DNA of 52,244 nt. Source: a virus. Positions 9,259 to 16,394 of the stretch are shown here, in pieces (position 1 is the first letter of the stretch; each line of letters starts with the position of its first letter). Under the pieces are notes generated by a model, which had not been told where the DNA came from, searched no databases, and saw only the letters and a program-made list of their open reading frames with translations. The position numbers were made by a program, and so were the translations under genes. The stretch covers positions 1-52,244 of the IMG/VR virus record IMGVR_UViG_3300046115_000069; one strand, given 5' to 3'.

Positions 9259-9576
9259 CTACTCTGCAGACATCGTGGAAGTAACGGCCTCGAAAACCTT
9301 CTCCCAGGGAGCGTTCTTCGTAGGGTCAAGGCCTGCCTTGCCCAGAACACGATCCACAATGTACGTGCTCGCCGTTAGCCTTACCCTTGAGTTCGGGTCA
9401 TTGGTGGCAATCCGGACGATCGACTGCGCAGCCAGAGGCGCCGCATCCTCCAGGATACTCTCTGCGAGCTCCGCCCCAGACTTCTCTGAGAATACAGTCC
9501 GTTCCATGCTGGCGCTCTCTTCGAGAGCGCGCATTGCCTCCGGGTCGTCGAACTCGTTCTCGTCGAAGCTTCTCAT
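9259..9576 (-). CDS. First late-operon protein; possible small terminase-like protein (weak)
   Basis: GGGAGG RBS. The C-terminal RVRLTASTYIVDRVLGKAG resembles the R..A...LDR.GK motif remembered from some small terminases. The position is consistent. Confidence 0.5.
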   Translation of the reverse strand: MRSFDENEFDDPEAMRALEESASMERTVFSEKSGAELAESILEDAAPLAAQSIVRIATNDPNSRVRLTASTYIVDRVLGKAGLDPTKNAPWEKVFEAVTSTMSAE

Positions 9577-9596
9577 GGCGACCTCCCTTTGCTCTC

Positions 9597-9625
9597 ATTC
9601 TATAGGAGTCCCTTTTGGATAGCAC
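9597..9625 (-). promoter_or_regulatory. Candidate late-operon promoter, GTGCTA-N17-TAGAAT
   Basis: Minus strand reads ggacgTAGTGCTAtccaaaagggactcctaTAGAAT, about 20 nt upstream of the RBS/ATG at 9576. Confidence 0.55.
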
Positions 9626-9639
9626 TACGTCCGCAGAGG

Positions 9640-9800
9640 TTTTCTTTGTGCATATACGCGCTCTCTGTTTCCAGTTTAGATCGCAATTAGATAATTGCGA
9701 TCTTGCTCGGGCCCTAGGCTAACGACCTTGCGATTCCGATCGATCTAATCGCTGTCTAAGTATGCACAAACGCGAAGGAATCACAGAGCTCAGCACTAGC
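9640..9800 (-). repeat. Structured intergenic repeat E1 (family E1-E4)
   Basis: Contains box TTGTGCATACTTAGAC (rc of 9754-9769) and a partial inverted copy at 9646-9656. Also an 11-bp perfect hairpin, AGATCGCAATT(9678-9688)/AATTGCGATCT(9693-9703), plus GGAATCGCAA and GCAAGATCGCAA blocks shared with E3/E4. Confidence 0.8.
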
Positions 9801-9833
9801 GGTAGCGCTGGACTACACCTTCCACTACAGACG

Positions 9834-9865
9834 TTGTATTACTACAACTCTCTGTCTCTTTTTGC
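9834..9865. repeat. 32-bp direct repeat, copy 1 (TTGTATTACTACAA...CTGTCTCTTTTTGC)
   Basis: Near-identical copy at 9892-9923 (58-bp period). The core TTGTA-TTAC-TACAA is palindromic. Confidence 0.85.
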
Positions 9866-9891
9866 AAGCACCGTGCTACTTGTATGTGACC

Positions 9892-9923
9892 TTGTATTAC
9901 TACAATCCGCTGTCTCTTTTTGC
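9892..9923. repeat. 32-bp direct repeat, copy 2
   Basis: ttgtattactacaatccgctgtctctttttgc versus copy 1 ttgtattactacaactctctgtctctttttgc. Confidence 0.85.
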
Positions 9924-10197
9924 GTAGACCGTACGGACCTGTACTGATCTTGTTTTAGCTATTATAATATAGTTATAAGAAAAAAAAAACAAAACGAACT
10001 AGCGCGCAGCAGCGCAGAGAGGATCATAACTAAACAGAACAGTACGTTCGCGCTCGCAGACACGAGTGGCGATGGTACATTGACAACTACATACGTAATG
10101 AATCGATCTTAGATTCAGCTAGTCTCTGATGGCATCTAGATCCTAAGACTCTACATCCGGTAGCGTACGAGAATCAGATTCCTAGAAGGAGACGGCC

Positions 10198-10581
10198 ATG
10201 GCTGAGAAGATGGACATCCGCAAGGTCTGGACCCGTGGCGAGCACGAGGGCTTCACCGCCTACATGGTCGCAACGATCGTGAACGTTGAGTTGGACCGTC
10301 GGGGCCTCGAGCAGATCCGGCCCCAGATGATGTACAACTACGACAAGAACGGTCTGATCAACGGGACCAAGGGTCAGAACAAGGAGAACCGAGACGGCAA
10401 GTTCGGCTACACTACCGCCGAGGTCGTCGCGTTCGCCGAGAAGTTCGGGAACATGCGGGAAGCGAAGGGCCGCAAGGTTCCGGTTGCCCCGGCTGCGAGT
10501 GCATTCAGCATCGAGGATGTTGCTGAGGCCGCCGAGTACATCGCAGAGACCGAACCCACGCTCGAGTTCGAGACCAAGTAG
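10198..10581 (+). CDS. Hypothetical early protein (127 aa)
   Basis: AGAAGGAG RBS. Shares a G(F/Y)..(V)...EL...PQ(M/V)(M/I)Y(N/S)Y segment with the 15281 product. Confidence 0.7.
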   Translation: MAEKMDIRKVWTRGEHEGFTAYMVATIVNVELDRRGLEQIRPQMMYNYDKNGLINGTKGQNKENRDGKFGYTTAEVVAFAEKFGNMREAKGRKVPVAPAASAFSIEDVAEAAEYIAETEPTLEFETK

Positions 10582-10633
10582 TACCGGATGTCATCAGAGG
10601 CTAGCTGAACCTAAGATCAGAGGGAGGTGGCAA

Positions 10634-10720
10634 GTGACCAAGCTGCAATGGGCGATCATGCGACAGATCCCCAATACGGTACTGTTCGCCCTGGCTCTAG
10701 GAGCCATGATCGGAGGTTAG
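10634..10720 (+). CDS. Possible 28-aa hydrophobic peptide
   Basis: GGGAGGTGG RBS 3 nt before GTG. TM-like NTVLFALALGAMIGG. Very short. Confidence 0.3.
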   Translation: MTKLQWAIMRQIPNTVLFALALGAMIGG

Positions 10721-10721
10721 C

Positions 10722-10958
10722 GTGACGTACGTGTCCAGACTTCGAGCCAAGCTGGATCCTCAGCATCCATGCAACAAGAGCTTTCCAGGTACCGGAAGGC
10801 CACCGCCGGACGACGACAAGATCGAAGAGGACTTCCAAGCGGACCTGCTGAACGGTTACCGAAGGTACGTTGGGACTGGAAAGAACCGCAGGAAGAACCG
10901 GTGCGAAACATGCTTCCAGTACCGGAGTGCCAACGGAACGTGTAGCTGCCAGGAGTAG
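10722..10958 (+). CDS. Hypothetical Cys-rich protein (78 aa), TAG-terminated
   Basis: GTG start just after the preceding TAG. C-terminal RCETCFQYRSANGTCSC. Confidence 0.55.
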   Translation: MTYVSRLRAKLDPQHPCNKSFPGTGRPPPDDDKIEEDFQADLLNGYRRYVGTGKNRRKNRCETCFQYRSANGTCSCQE

Positions 10959-10991
10959 AGCGATGGGGTCGAAAGGCCCCGAGGAGGAACA

Positions 10992-11147
10992 GTGTTCAAG
11001 AGGAAGTCCAAGCGACCCGAGGCTCGGATGACACGGGTCTGCGAGACCTGCTACCGAGCCGCGGACCTGTTCGACCGACCGCTACTGACGATGACCGATG
11101 ACAAGGACTGCCAGTCCTGGTGGTGCCAGAGGGAGCTGACAGCGTGA
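10992..11147 (+). CDS. Hypothetical Cys-rich protein (51 aa)
   Basis: GAGGAGG RBS 4 nt before GTG. RVCETCYRAAD...DCQSWWC. In the same frame as 10722-10958. Confidence 0.5.
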   Translation: MFKRKSKRPEARMTRVCETCYRAADLFDRPLLTMTDDKDCQSWWCQRELTA

Positions 11148-11302
11148 CCGAGGTCGAAAAGATCGAGAAGCTGTTGGCCCAGTACAAGCGGGGCATGATG
11201 ACCCGCGAGGAGTTCTGGGACCAGTTGATGATCACCTGGACCGAGACCACGCCGGTCGAGAGGTTCCACCAGCGACACCCGACAGGGTGGCGTAGGCCGT
11301 AG
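11144..11302 (+). CDS. Hypothetical protein (52 aa)
   Basis: GTGA start/stop overlap with the previous ORF. Ends TAG-GGA-TAA. Confidence 0.5.
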   Translation: MTEVEKIEKLLAQYKRGMMTREEFWDQLMITWTETTPVERFHQRHPTGWRRP

Positions 11303-11320
11303 GGATAAGGAGCATAGATA

Positions 11321-11509
11321 GTGCAAAGCCAGGATCTCCCGGCCCTGCTGGAAGGCAAAGGCCGGGAGTCCGGGATCAGCATGGAGCGGGCCCTGAAGCA
11401 GGTCCTGCACCTACTGGAGACCCGGCATGCAGACAGCGACGAAGAGACCGACATGGTCGAAGCGTCCATCGACGACGTCAAGATGATGCTCGGACGGATC
11501 CGGCACTAA
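11321..11509 (+). CDS. Hypothetical acidic protein (62 aa)
   Basis: AAGGAG 8 nt upstream of GTG 11321. Confidence 0.5.
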   Translation: MQSQDLPALLEGKGRESGISMERALKQVLHLLETRHADSDEETDMVEASIDDVKMMLGRIRH

Positions 11510-11557
11510 GGGAGGTGAGATCCAGGTGAAAGGCTTCGAGTGGAACTAGTGTGAGGG

Positions 11558-11575
11558 AGGGGCCTTCGGGCCCCT
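11558..11575 (+). terminator. Stem-loop AGGGGCC-TTCG-GGCCCCT
   Basis: 7-bp GC stem with a TTCG tetraloop at the end of the first early gene block. No clear U-tract. Confidence 0.5.
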
Positions 11576-11966
11576 ATCCTTGTGCCCAATTTCCGGGGCG
11601 AAAAGAGCGGAGGCTTTCCGCCCCCGTGAACGTGCTTTCAGCACAGATCCACACGTGGATTGGATCGGAAAGTTGCGTCGTAAATAGCGAGATAGTTACA
11701 TTGAGCAGGCCCTCTAAGTACTAGCGATATCAAGCGCCCATTACTATGTAAAGAAAGGTAACAGTCCAAAAAATCGTAAAAATAGGGAAGGTGGTGAATG
11801 AAGGATATCTGCATCTTTTACTACTTATATACTCTTCTACTCTTTCTCTATACCTAAATCTAAATGACGGTGCAAACATGTCAAAAAGGCGATTCGGCAC
11901 CCTCTAGATTCCTCTGGATTCGCTTTTTTCGGCAAAAGTTTTCCCGTGTCGAACTCGTTGACACCA

Positions 11967-11995
11967 GTGTAGACTAAAAAAGTAAGGGGTATAAT
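11967..11995 (+). promoter_or_regulatory. Candidate promoter GTGTAG-N17-TATAAT; the transcript is probably leaderless
   Basis: The -10 ends 6 nt before ATG 12002 and there is no RBS. Confidence 0.5.
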
Positions 11996-12001
11996 TGAGA
12001 T

Positions 12002-12571
12002 ATGAGCGAAACCGAGGGATACGAGGGCGCGAAAAGCGAGGTCGTAATCAAGCTATGTCCTCGGTGCCCTCAAGTGGGCCGGATCCCAGCCAATGAGCGC
12101 GAGGTTAGCAAGTCTGGCAAGCACTGGGGGTACTGCAAGCCCTGCATGTACGAGTACCAGAAGGACCGCAGGGACGCACAGAACACTCTTTTAGAGATCA
12201 CCAAGCCCGTAGGACCTTTCGTAGCAGGCCAGATTGATCGGCGCGCAGAGATTAGCGAGGCGGAGATTAGGCATGGCAAGATTCAACACGCCCGGAGTGT
12301 GTTGGAACCCAAGCAACGTGGGCGTAAACACGGTGACAACAAGTGTCCTCGATGTCTGGGCAACCAGAGGGCTGACAACTCCGCGTACTGCACGGAATGC
12401 AGCTCCGAGTATCGCAAGGATCGACGCGAAGAGCGGATCGCCGCGCTGAATCGTGCCTTGCAGGAAGCGCAACGGTTGGAGCAGGAGAGGCGACAGGCCA
12501 TTAACCAGGCGTACTTCGACGCGTTCGGCCACTGGCCCACAGTCAAGACCACTGAGGAGGAAAACGAATAG
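12002..12571 (+). CDS. Tandem Zn-ribbon protein (189 aa)
   Basis: Two copies of CPRC-x(n)-YCxxCxxEYxKDRR. Visibly lower G+C than its neighbours. Confidence 0.7.
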   Translation: MSETEGYEGAKSEVVIKLCPRCPQVGRIPANEREVSKSGKHWGYCKPCMYEYQKDRRDAQNTLLEITKPVGPFVAGQIDRRAEISEAEIRHGKIQHARSVLEPKQRGRKHGDNKCPRCLGNQRADNSAYCTECSSEYRKDRREERIAALNRALQEAQRLEQERRQAINQAYFDAFGHWPTVKTTEEENE

Positions 12572-12610
12572 CTTCGCGGCGTAAAGACCGGTGCTCTTTA
12601 ATTCGCACAC

Positions 12611-12639
12611 TTGTGTCGCCCTTAAATCTGCATTATACT
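12611..12639 (+). promoter_or_regulatory. Candidate promoter TTGTGT-N17-TATACT
   Basis: cTTGTGTcgcccttaaatctgcatTATACTaaaaa. Near-duplicate of the site at 15148-15176. Confidence 0.5.
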
Positions 12640-12732
12640 AAAAATAAACAACCAAAAAGCTAACATCGAACCAGAACCTACGAACACAACCAACTCCGTG
12701 TGGAGTTCCGGTCTCGCTAGAGGAGAGGCGCC

Positions 12733-12966
12733 ATGAAGGTTGTAGCTAGATGCAAGAAGCACGCAGGAGCGCAGGTACTGTTGCTCGAAGCAACACTCGG
12801 GTACCTAGACGCTGAAGGAGCACAGGTACAGAACAACGAGGTACCTGTAGCTGAGATTCATTTGGATCTTGGCAACACGTACTGCACGGTCGACGATCCT
12901 TTCAACCACGACATTGTCTTTGTGGTCATTACCGAAGACGGCCACTGGCTTTGCAACGCCGACTAG
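12733..12966 (+). CDS. Hypothetical protein (77 aa)
   Basis: GAGGAGAGG RBS. TAG stop embedded in the palindrome AGCTCCGTGTGGAGCT. Confidence 0.6.
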   Translation: MKVVARCKKHAGAQVLLLEATLGYLDAEGAQVQNNEVPVAEIHLDLGNTYCTVDDPFNHDIVFVVITEDGHWLCNAD

Positions 12967-13102
12967 CTCCGTGTGGAGCTTGTATCAAGCGCATTCGACC
13001 GGATGCGCCATGTACGACAGGTACGACAGGTAGACAAGGCCGAAACCGGATTGTCGGGAGACAAGCTGGTCCACCAGTTAGGCTGGTGCTGAGGAGGCCA
13101 AG

Positions 13103-13327
13103 ATGTACATTGAGGACGAGGACCACGCAATCGCAGTGGCTCTGTGCTTTCAGGAGGTGGCCACACACTGGAAGCACCTTGGAGCGCTCCCGACGCTGAT
13201 TGGTTGGCGTCGCAACGAGGAGCTGTCCGTGGACGGCAAGAACGTGTACGACTTCGGCTTCGAGGAGAACGGCCTCGTGCGCGTCTTCGAGCTCGACGGC
13301 GACGTTCAGATCACGTTGGAGGCATGA
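13103..13327 (+). CDS. Hypothetical protein (74 aa)
   Basis: GAGGAGG RBS 5 nt upstream of the ATG. Confidence 0.6.
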   Translation: MYIEDEDHAIAVALCFQEVATHWKHLGALPTLIGWRRNEELSVDGKNVYDFGFEENGLVRVFELDGDVQITLEA

Positions 13328-13479
13328 TGTTCCCTGGTGCTGGTGCGCAGGTGTACTACAACGAAGCCGGCGAACCGCTCGGCTGGGACAGCGCTGACTA
13401 CGACGGACCGCAAGACGCCTTCGACGCATACAACGAGGAAGAGGACTACGATGACGACGACCTGGATGAAGACGAGTAA
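13324..13479 (+). CDS. Small strongly acidic protein (51 aa)
   Basis: ATGA overlap with the previous gene. C-terminus EEEDYDDDDLDEDE. Confidence 0.5.
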   Translation: MMFPGAGAQVYYNEAGEPLGWDSADYDGPQDAFDAYNEEEDYDDDDLDEDE

Positions 13480-13861
13480 CGGCGTCGAGATCAGAGGCGA
13501 TCTCGACGTCTTCACCTACGACTACAAGTGGGGCAAGGTCGACCCCGTCGACTTCGCCAGGGTGATGAAACGGAACGCCGAGACGAAGTGGGAGCTCAGC
13601 TCCAACGACTACTGGTTCAACGTCGTCTACCCGGACGGCAGCAAGGGGCTGTTCAACGGCGAACGGATGACCACCGTCTGCCCGGCCTGTTACCGCAAGT
13701 ACGCCGAGTGCCACCTCAACAAGACCCCCGAGGACATGCCGATCACGGACCGCCGGTCCGCTGAGGCCTACATCGACGCCGTGTACGAGCGCCAGAACAA
13801 GACCTTCGAGGACCCGGGCGAAATCGGCCCCGGAATTCACAGAGACACGCCTAGTAACTAA
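13451..13861 (+). CDS. Hypothetical protein (about 136 aa)
   Basis: ATG at 13451 (13466 is an alternative). Contains CPACYRKYAEC. Confidence 0.55.
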   Translation: MTTTWMKTSNGVEIRGDLDVFTYDYKWGKVDPVDFARVMKRNAETKWELSSNDYWFNVVYPDGSKGLFNGERMTTVCPACYRKYAECHLNKTPEDMPITDRRSAEAYIDAVYERQNKTFEDPGEIGPGIHRDTPSN

Positions 13862-13873
13862 AGAGGAGAAGTC

Positions 13874-14062
13874 ATGAAGGTCAAGATCATCAAGAAGGTT
13901 CGCCTCGAGTTCGACCAGGAAGAGATGGACATTATCACCGGAGCGCTGAGCTACGTCGGCATGAACGCCACGAACGACAGCCTGCACCAGGGTGCGCAAC
14001 GGCTCGAGGAGCTGATCCACAAGGCGTTGATGAACGAGGCCCAGCAGGTCAACCAGTACTGA
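13874..14062 (+). CDS. Hypothetical protein (62 aa)
   Basis: AAAGAGGAG RBS. Confidence 0.6.
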   Translation: MKVKIIKKVRLEFDQEEMDIITGALSYVGMNATNDSLHQGAQRLEELIHKALMNEAQQVNQY

Positions 14063-14144
14063 AGGGTTCGTGGGGCAGCCACCAGTGGTGGAGGTCCTGC
14101 AAGCCTTTTAGTGAGGCGTGCTTTCTTTCGGGAAAGAGGTTAAG

Positions 14145-14360
14145 ATGGGAATAGGGTTCCCGATAGACAAAGGCGAACGATTCCGTGACCTGAACGGAAT
14201 CGTTGCTATCTTCGAGGACTACTACGTCGGAACAGCGTTCTGGACGCTGGAGGAGTCGGGCATCGAGTTCTCCCAGCCGTGGGATGTGTTCTACCAGCAG
14301 TACATGCTGGGACTAGTCGTGGAGGTTTGTGATGGGCCGGCGGCTTCGGAAGCTGCGTAA
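14145..14360 (+). CDS. Hypothetical protein (71 aa)
   Basis: AGAGG RBS upstream of ATG 14145. Confidence 0.5.
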   Translation: MGIGFPIDKGERFRDLNGIVAIFEDYYVGTAFWTLEESGIEFSQPWDVFYQQYMLGLVVEVCDGPAASEAA

Positions 14361-14634
14361 GTGGCTGTTCTGGGACGATGGGCGTCAAGGCGCAACGGAG
14401 GCGTGGTCTCCGACGCAAAGCACCGCACGGGCTGGACAGTCAGGCGACTTCGACGAGGCTGAGATTTTCTTGGCCTTCGACAAGCTGATCGCCTCGTGCT
14501 ACGAGAAGCCCGACTACCTTCGCGAGTTCGAAGAGCAGTCGATGGCGTCGCACTACTACCGCCAGATTGATACGGCCACGAACTACACGAACCAGGACGC
14601 GAAGAGGCTCAAGGCCGTTCTCGCCTACGCCTAG
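14332..14634 (+). CDS. Hypothetical protein (100 aa)
   Basis: GGAGG 6 nt upstream of ATG 14332. Confidence 0.5.
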   Translation: MGRRLRKLRKWLFWDDGRQGATEAWSPTQSTARAGQSGDFDEAEIFLAFDKLIASCYEKPDYLREFEEQSMASHYYRQIDTATNYTNQDAKRLKAVLAYA

Positions 14635-14714
14635 CATTCCATCGCCGTGTGGTGCTGTGCTTGGCTACAACGTGGCACTCATCGGCATCAATGATTACGT
14701 TTTGATTACGACTC

Positions 14715-14743
14715 TTGCGTTTAATAAAACCTTGGGTTATAAT
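14715..14743 (+). promoter_or_regulatory. Candidate promoter TTGCGT-N17-TATAAT; the transcript is probably leaderless
   Basis: The -10 ends 5 nt before ATG 14749 and there is no RBS. Confidence 0.5.
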
Positions 14744-14748
14744 AAAAC

Positions 14749-15117
14749 ATGACCAGATGTTGTAAGTGCAAGTGCGAACTGACGCTGGAGAACTCTTCGG
14801 CCAGCGATGCCTACTGTAGGCTTTGTCGAAGCGCATACAACAGCCAGGCAGACGGTTCTAGACGACGCATGCACAACATGCTCTACAGAACAGGCCTTAG
14901 GTTCACGCTTGAGGAACTGGTGGCCTTCGCAGAGACGTGTGATGGATTCTGCGACATTTGTAGAGATCCGATCACAGGACGTAACAGGCACCTAGACCAT
15001 GATGCCAATACGGGCAAGCTTCGCGGCTGGCTTTGTGGCAATTGCAACATGGGCATAGGCAAGTTTAAGGATGACCCGCAAAGGCTATCCGCAGCCATTG
15101 CCTACTTGACCCACTAA
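14749..15117 (+). CDS. Recombination endonuclease VII-type nuclease with an N-terminal Zn ribbon
   Basis: CDICRDPITGRNRHLDHDANTGKLRGWLCGNCNMGIGKF matches the Endonuclease_7 pattern. Lower G+C. Confidence 0.85.
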   Translation: MTRCCKCKCELTLENSSASDAYCRLCRSAYNSQADGSRRRMHNMLYRTGLRFTLEELVAFAETCDGFCDICRDPITGRNRHLDHDANTGKLRGWLCGNCNMGIGKFKDDPQRLSAAIAYLTH

Positions 15118-15147
15118 AAAGACTTATATCGCTCCCAGCGAGATCCC

Positions 15148-15176
15148 GTGTGTCGACACAAGATCTGCGCTATACT
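15148..15176 (+). promoter_or_regulatory. Candidate promoter GTGTGT-N17-TATACT
   Basis: cGTGTGTcgacacaagatctgcgcTATACTaaaaa. Shares ATCTGC..TATACTAAAAA with the 12611 site. Confidence 0.5.
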
Positions 15177-15280
15177 AAAAAGAAAAAGCAAAAGCGCAGT
15201 AGAGACAAGGTCATAAACGATCTCCGAGATCTACGTGATTTCCAGATCGAAACGCTGTACAATTGAGGTAAGACCAAAGG

Positions 15281-15865
15281 ATGAAGGAGCACACAGTGAG
15301 CGACAGCAACCCGTTCGACGCGAACGTCCAGGAAGAGAATGGTGTGGAGCTCGAGACCACCGACGACGGCGACGTGACCGACGACAGCTTCGAGCAGGAC
15401 GTTGAGACCGTTCCGGCGAGCAACGAGGACGTCGAGGTCGTGCCCGCTGCCCCGACCGCGCAGACGGTCCAGGCTCAGACGAAGGCGCCGGCCCGTCCGG
15501 TGGTTCCCGAGGGCTACATCACTCCGGTCCAGTTCGCCAAGGAGCTGACCGAGAAGCTTCGCAAGGACGGCGTCCTGGCCGAGGGCGAGGTCATCGCGCC
15601 GCAGGTGATCTACAGCTACGTCAACCAGGGCAAGAAGGCCGGTGCGGACCCCGCCAAGACCCTCAAGAGCTACGAGGAGGGCGGCCGGGTCAACCTCCTG
15701 AAGCGCGACGAGGCCTTCGCGTACTGGGCGGGCAAGGCCCAGCGCGTGCAGGAGCGGCTGCGCGCGGCCAAGGAGAAGGCCGCGGCCAAGGAGAAGGCCG
15801 CCACGCCGGTGCCCGTCGTCGAGGCTGAGGCTGCTCCCGCGGAGCCGATCGTCGAGGTCGAGTAA
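15281..15865 (+). CDS. Hypothetical protein with an acidic N-terminus, a central conserved segment and a basic AKEKAAAKEKAA tail (194 aa)
   Basis: AAAGGATGAAGGAG region. The central segment is paralogous to the 10198 product. Confidence 0.65.
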   Translation: MKEHTVSDSNPFDANVQEENGVELETTDDGDVTDDSFEQDVETVPASNEDVEVVPAAPTAQTVQAQTKAPARPVVPEGYITPVQFAKELTEKLRKDGVLAEGEVIAPQVIYSYVNQGKKAGADPAKTLKSYEEGGRVNLLKRDEAFAYWAGKAQRVQERLRAAKEKAAAKEKAATPVPVVEAEAAPAEPIVEVE

Positions 15866-15888
15866 CAAACAAGGGCCTCTGACAAGCC

Positions 15889-16227
15889 GTGAGGCGCGAG
15901 TTCGAAACTCGCCAGAGGTACGTGCACATCTTGTCAAATGTTGATGCAGAAGCACGTAAGGCTACTTGCTCTGAGTGCGGACCTGTGACTATTGTACATC
16001 AAGGAAAGGGTCGCTATAAGTGTACTGTAGCTCGAAAGGCTTACCATAAGCCATACAGAGCTTACGTTGACAAGCAATGTGCAAAATGTAACTTCGTGGC
16101 TGTCGATCCATGCCAGTTGGATGTGGACCACAAGGACGGTAACCATCAAAATAACGAGCTGTCAAACCTTTGGACGCTGTGTGCCAACTGTCACAGGCTA
16201 AAGACGCTGCGCCCTGATTTGTTTTGA
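15889..16227 (+). CDS. HNH endonuclease
   Basis: DVDHKDGNHQNNELSNLWTLCANCHRLKT. N-terminal CSEC...C Zn ribbon. Visibly low G+C. Confidence 0.85.
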   Translation: MRREFETRQRYVHILSNVDAEARKATCSECGPVTIVHQGKGRYKCTVARKAYHKPYRAYVDKQCAKCNFVAVDPCQLDVDHKDGNHQNNELSNLWTLCANCHRLKTLRPDLF

Positions 16228-16235
16228 TTTCTTGC

Positions 16236-16308
16236 GCACCTGTAGTTCATCGGCTGAACGGAAGCCTCTAAAGCTTCGCGTAAGTGGGTTCGACTCCCAC
16301 CAGGTGCT
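16236..16308 (+). tRNA. tRNA with anticodon CUA (amber suppressor type), copy 1
   Basis: Hand fold: GCACCTG/TA/GTTC-ATCGGCT-GAAC/G/GAAGC-CTCTAAA-GCTTC/GCGTAA/GTGGG-TTCGACT-CCCAC/CAGGTGC/T. All stems are Watson-Crick. U8, A14, GG, U33 and A37 are present. Anticodon CTA at 16268-16270. Confidence 0.85.
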
Positions 16309-16394
16309 CGTGTAACAACACCGTCGAGGAAACCGACGTGAAAAAACCATGACCCGGGCGGGTACAAAGCTACGAGCCTAAGCCCGCCCGCCTA

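Noticed and set aside
9640-9800. The four repeated intergenic elements (E1-E4) read as a CRISPR array or mini-array.
   Set aside because: The copies are 9-19 kb apart, about 160 nt long, internally palindromic and imperfectly conserved. There is no regular repeat-spacer periodicity and there are no cas genes.
10080-10085. Perfect TTGACA hexamers at 10080-10085, 11958-11963 and 23884-23889, read as -35 boxes.
   Set aside because: No acceptable -10 hexamer (TANNNT) lies 16-18 nt downstream of any of them, so they are not called as promoters.
12929-14020. Long antisense ORFs. On the minus strand: 12929-14020 (363 aa), 26415-27800 (461 aa), 15170-15955 and 17833-18630. On the plus strand: 2344-3231, 7355-8458 and 43824-44828.
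   Set aside because: Each lies opposite a gene or chain of RBS-preceded, translationally coupled genes, several with clear motifs. Their products are Arg/Leu/Val/Pro-rich low-complexity sequence, typical of shadow ORFs in GC-rich DNA, and they lack RBSs.
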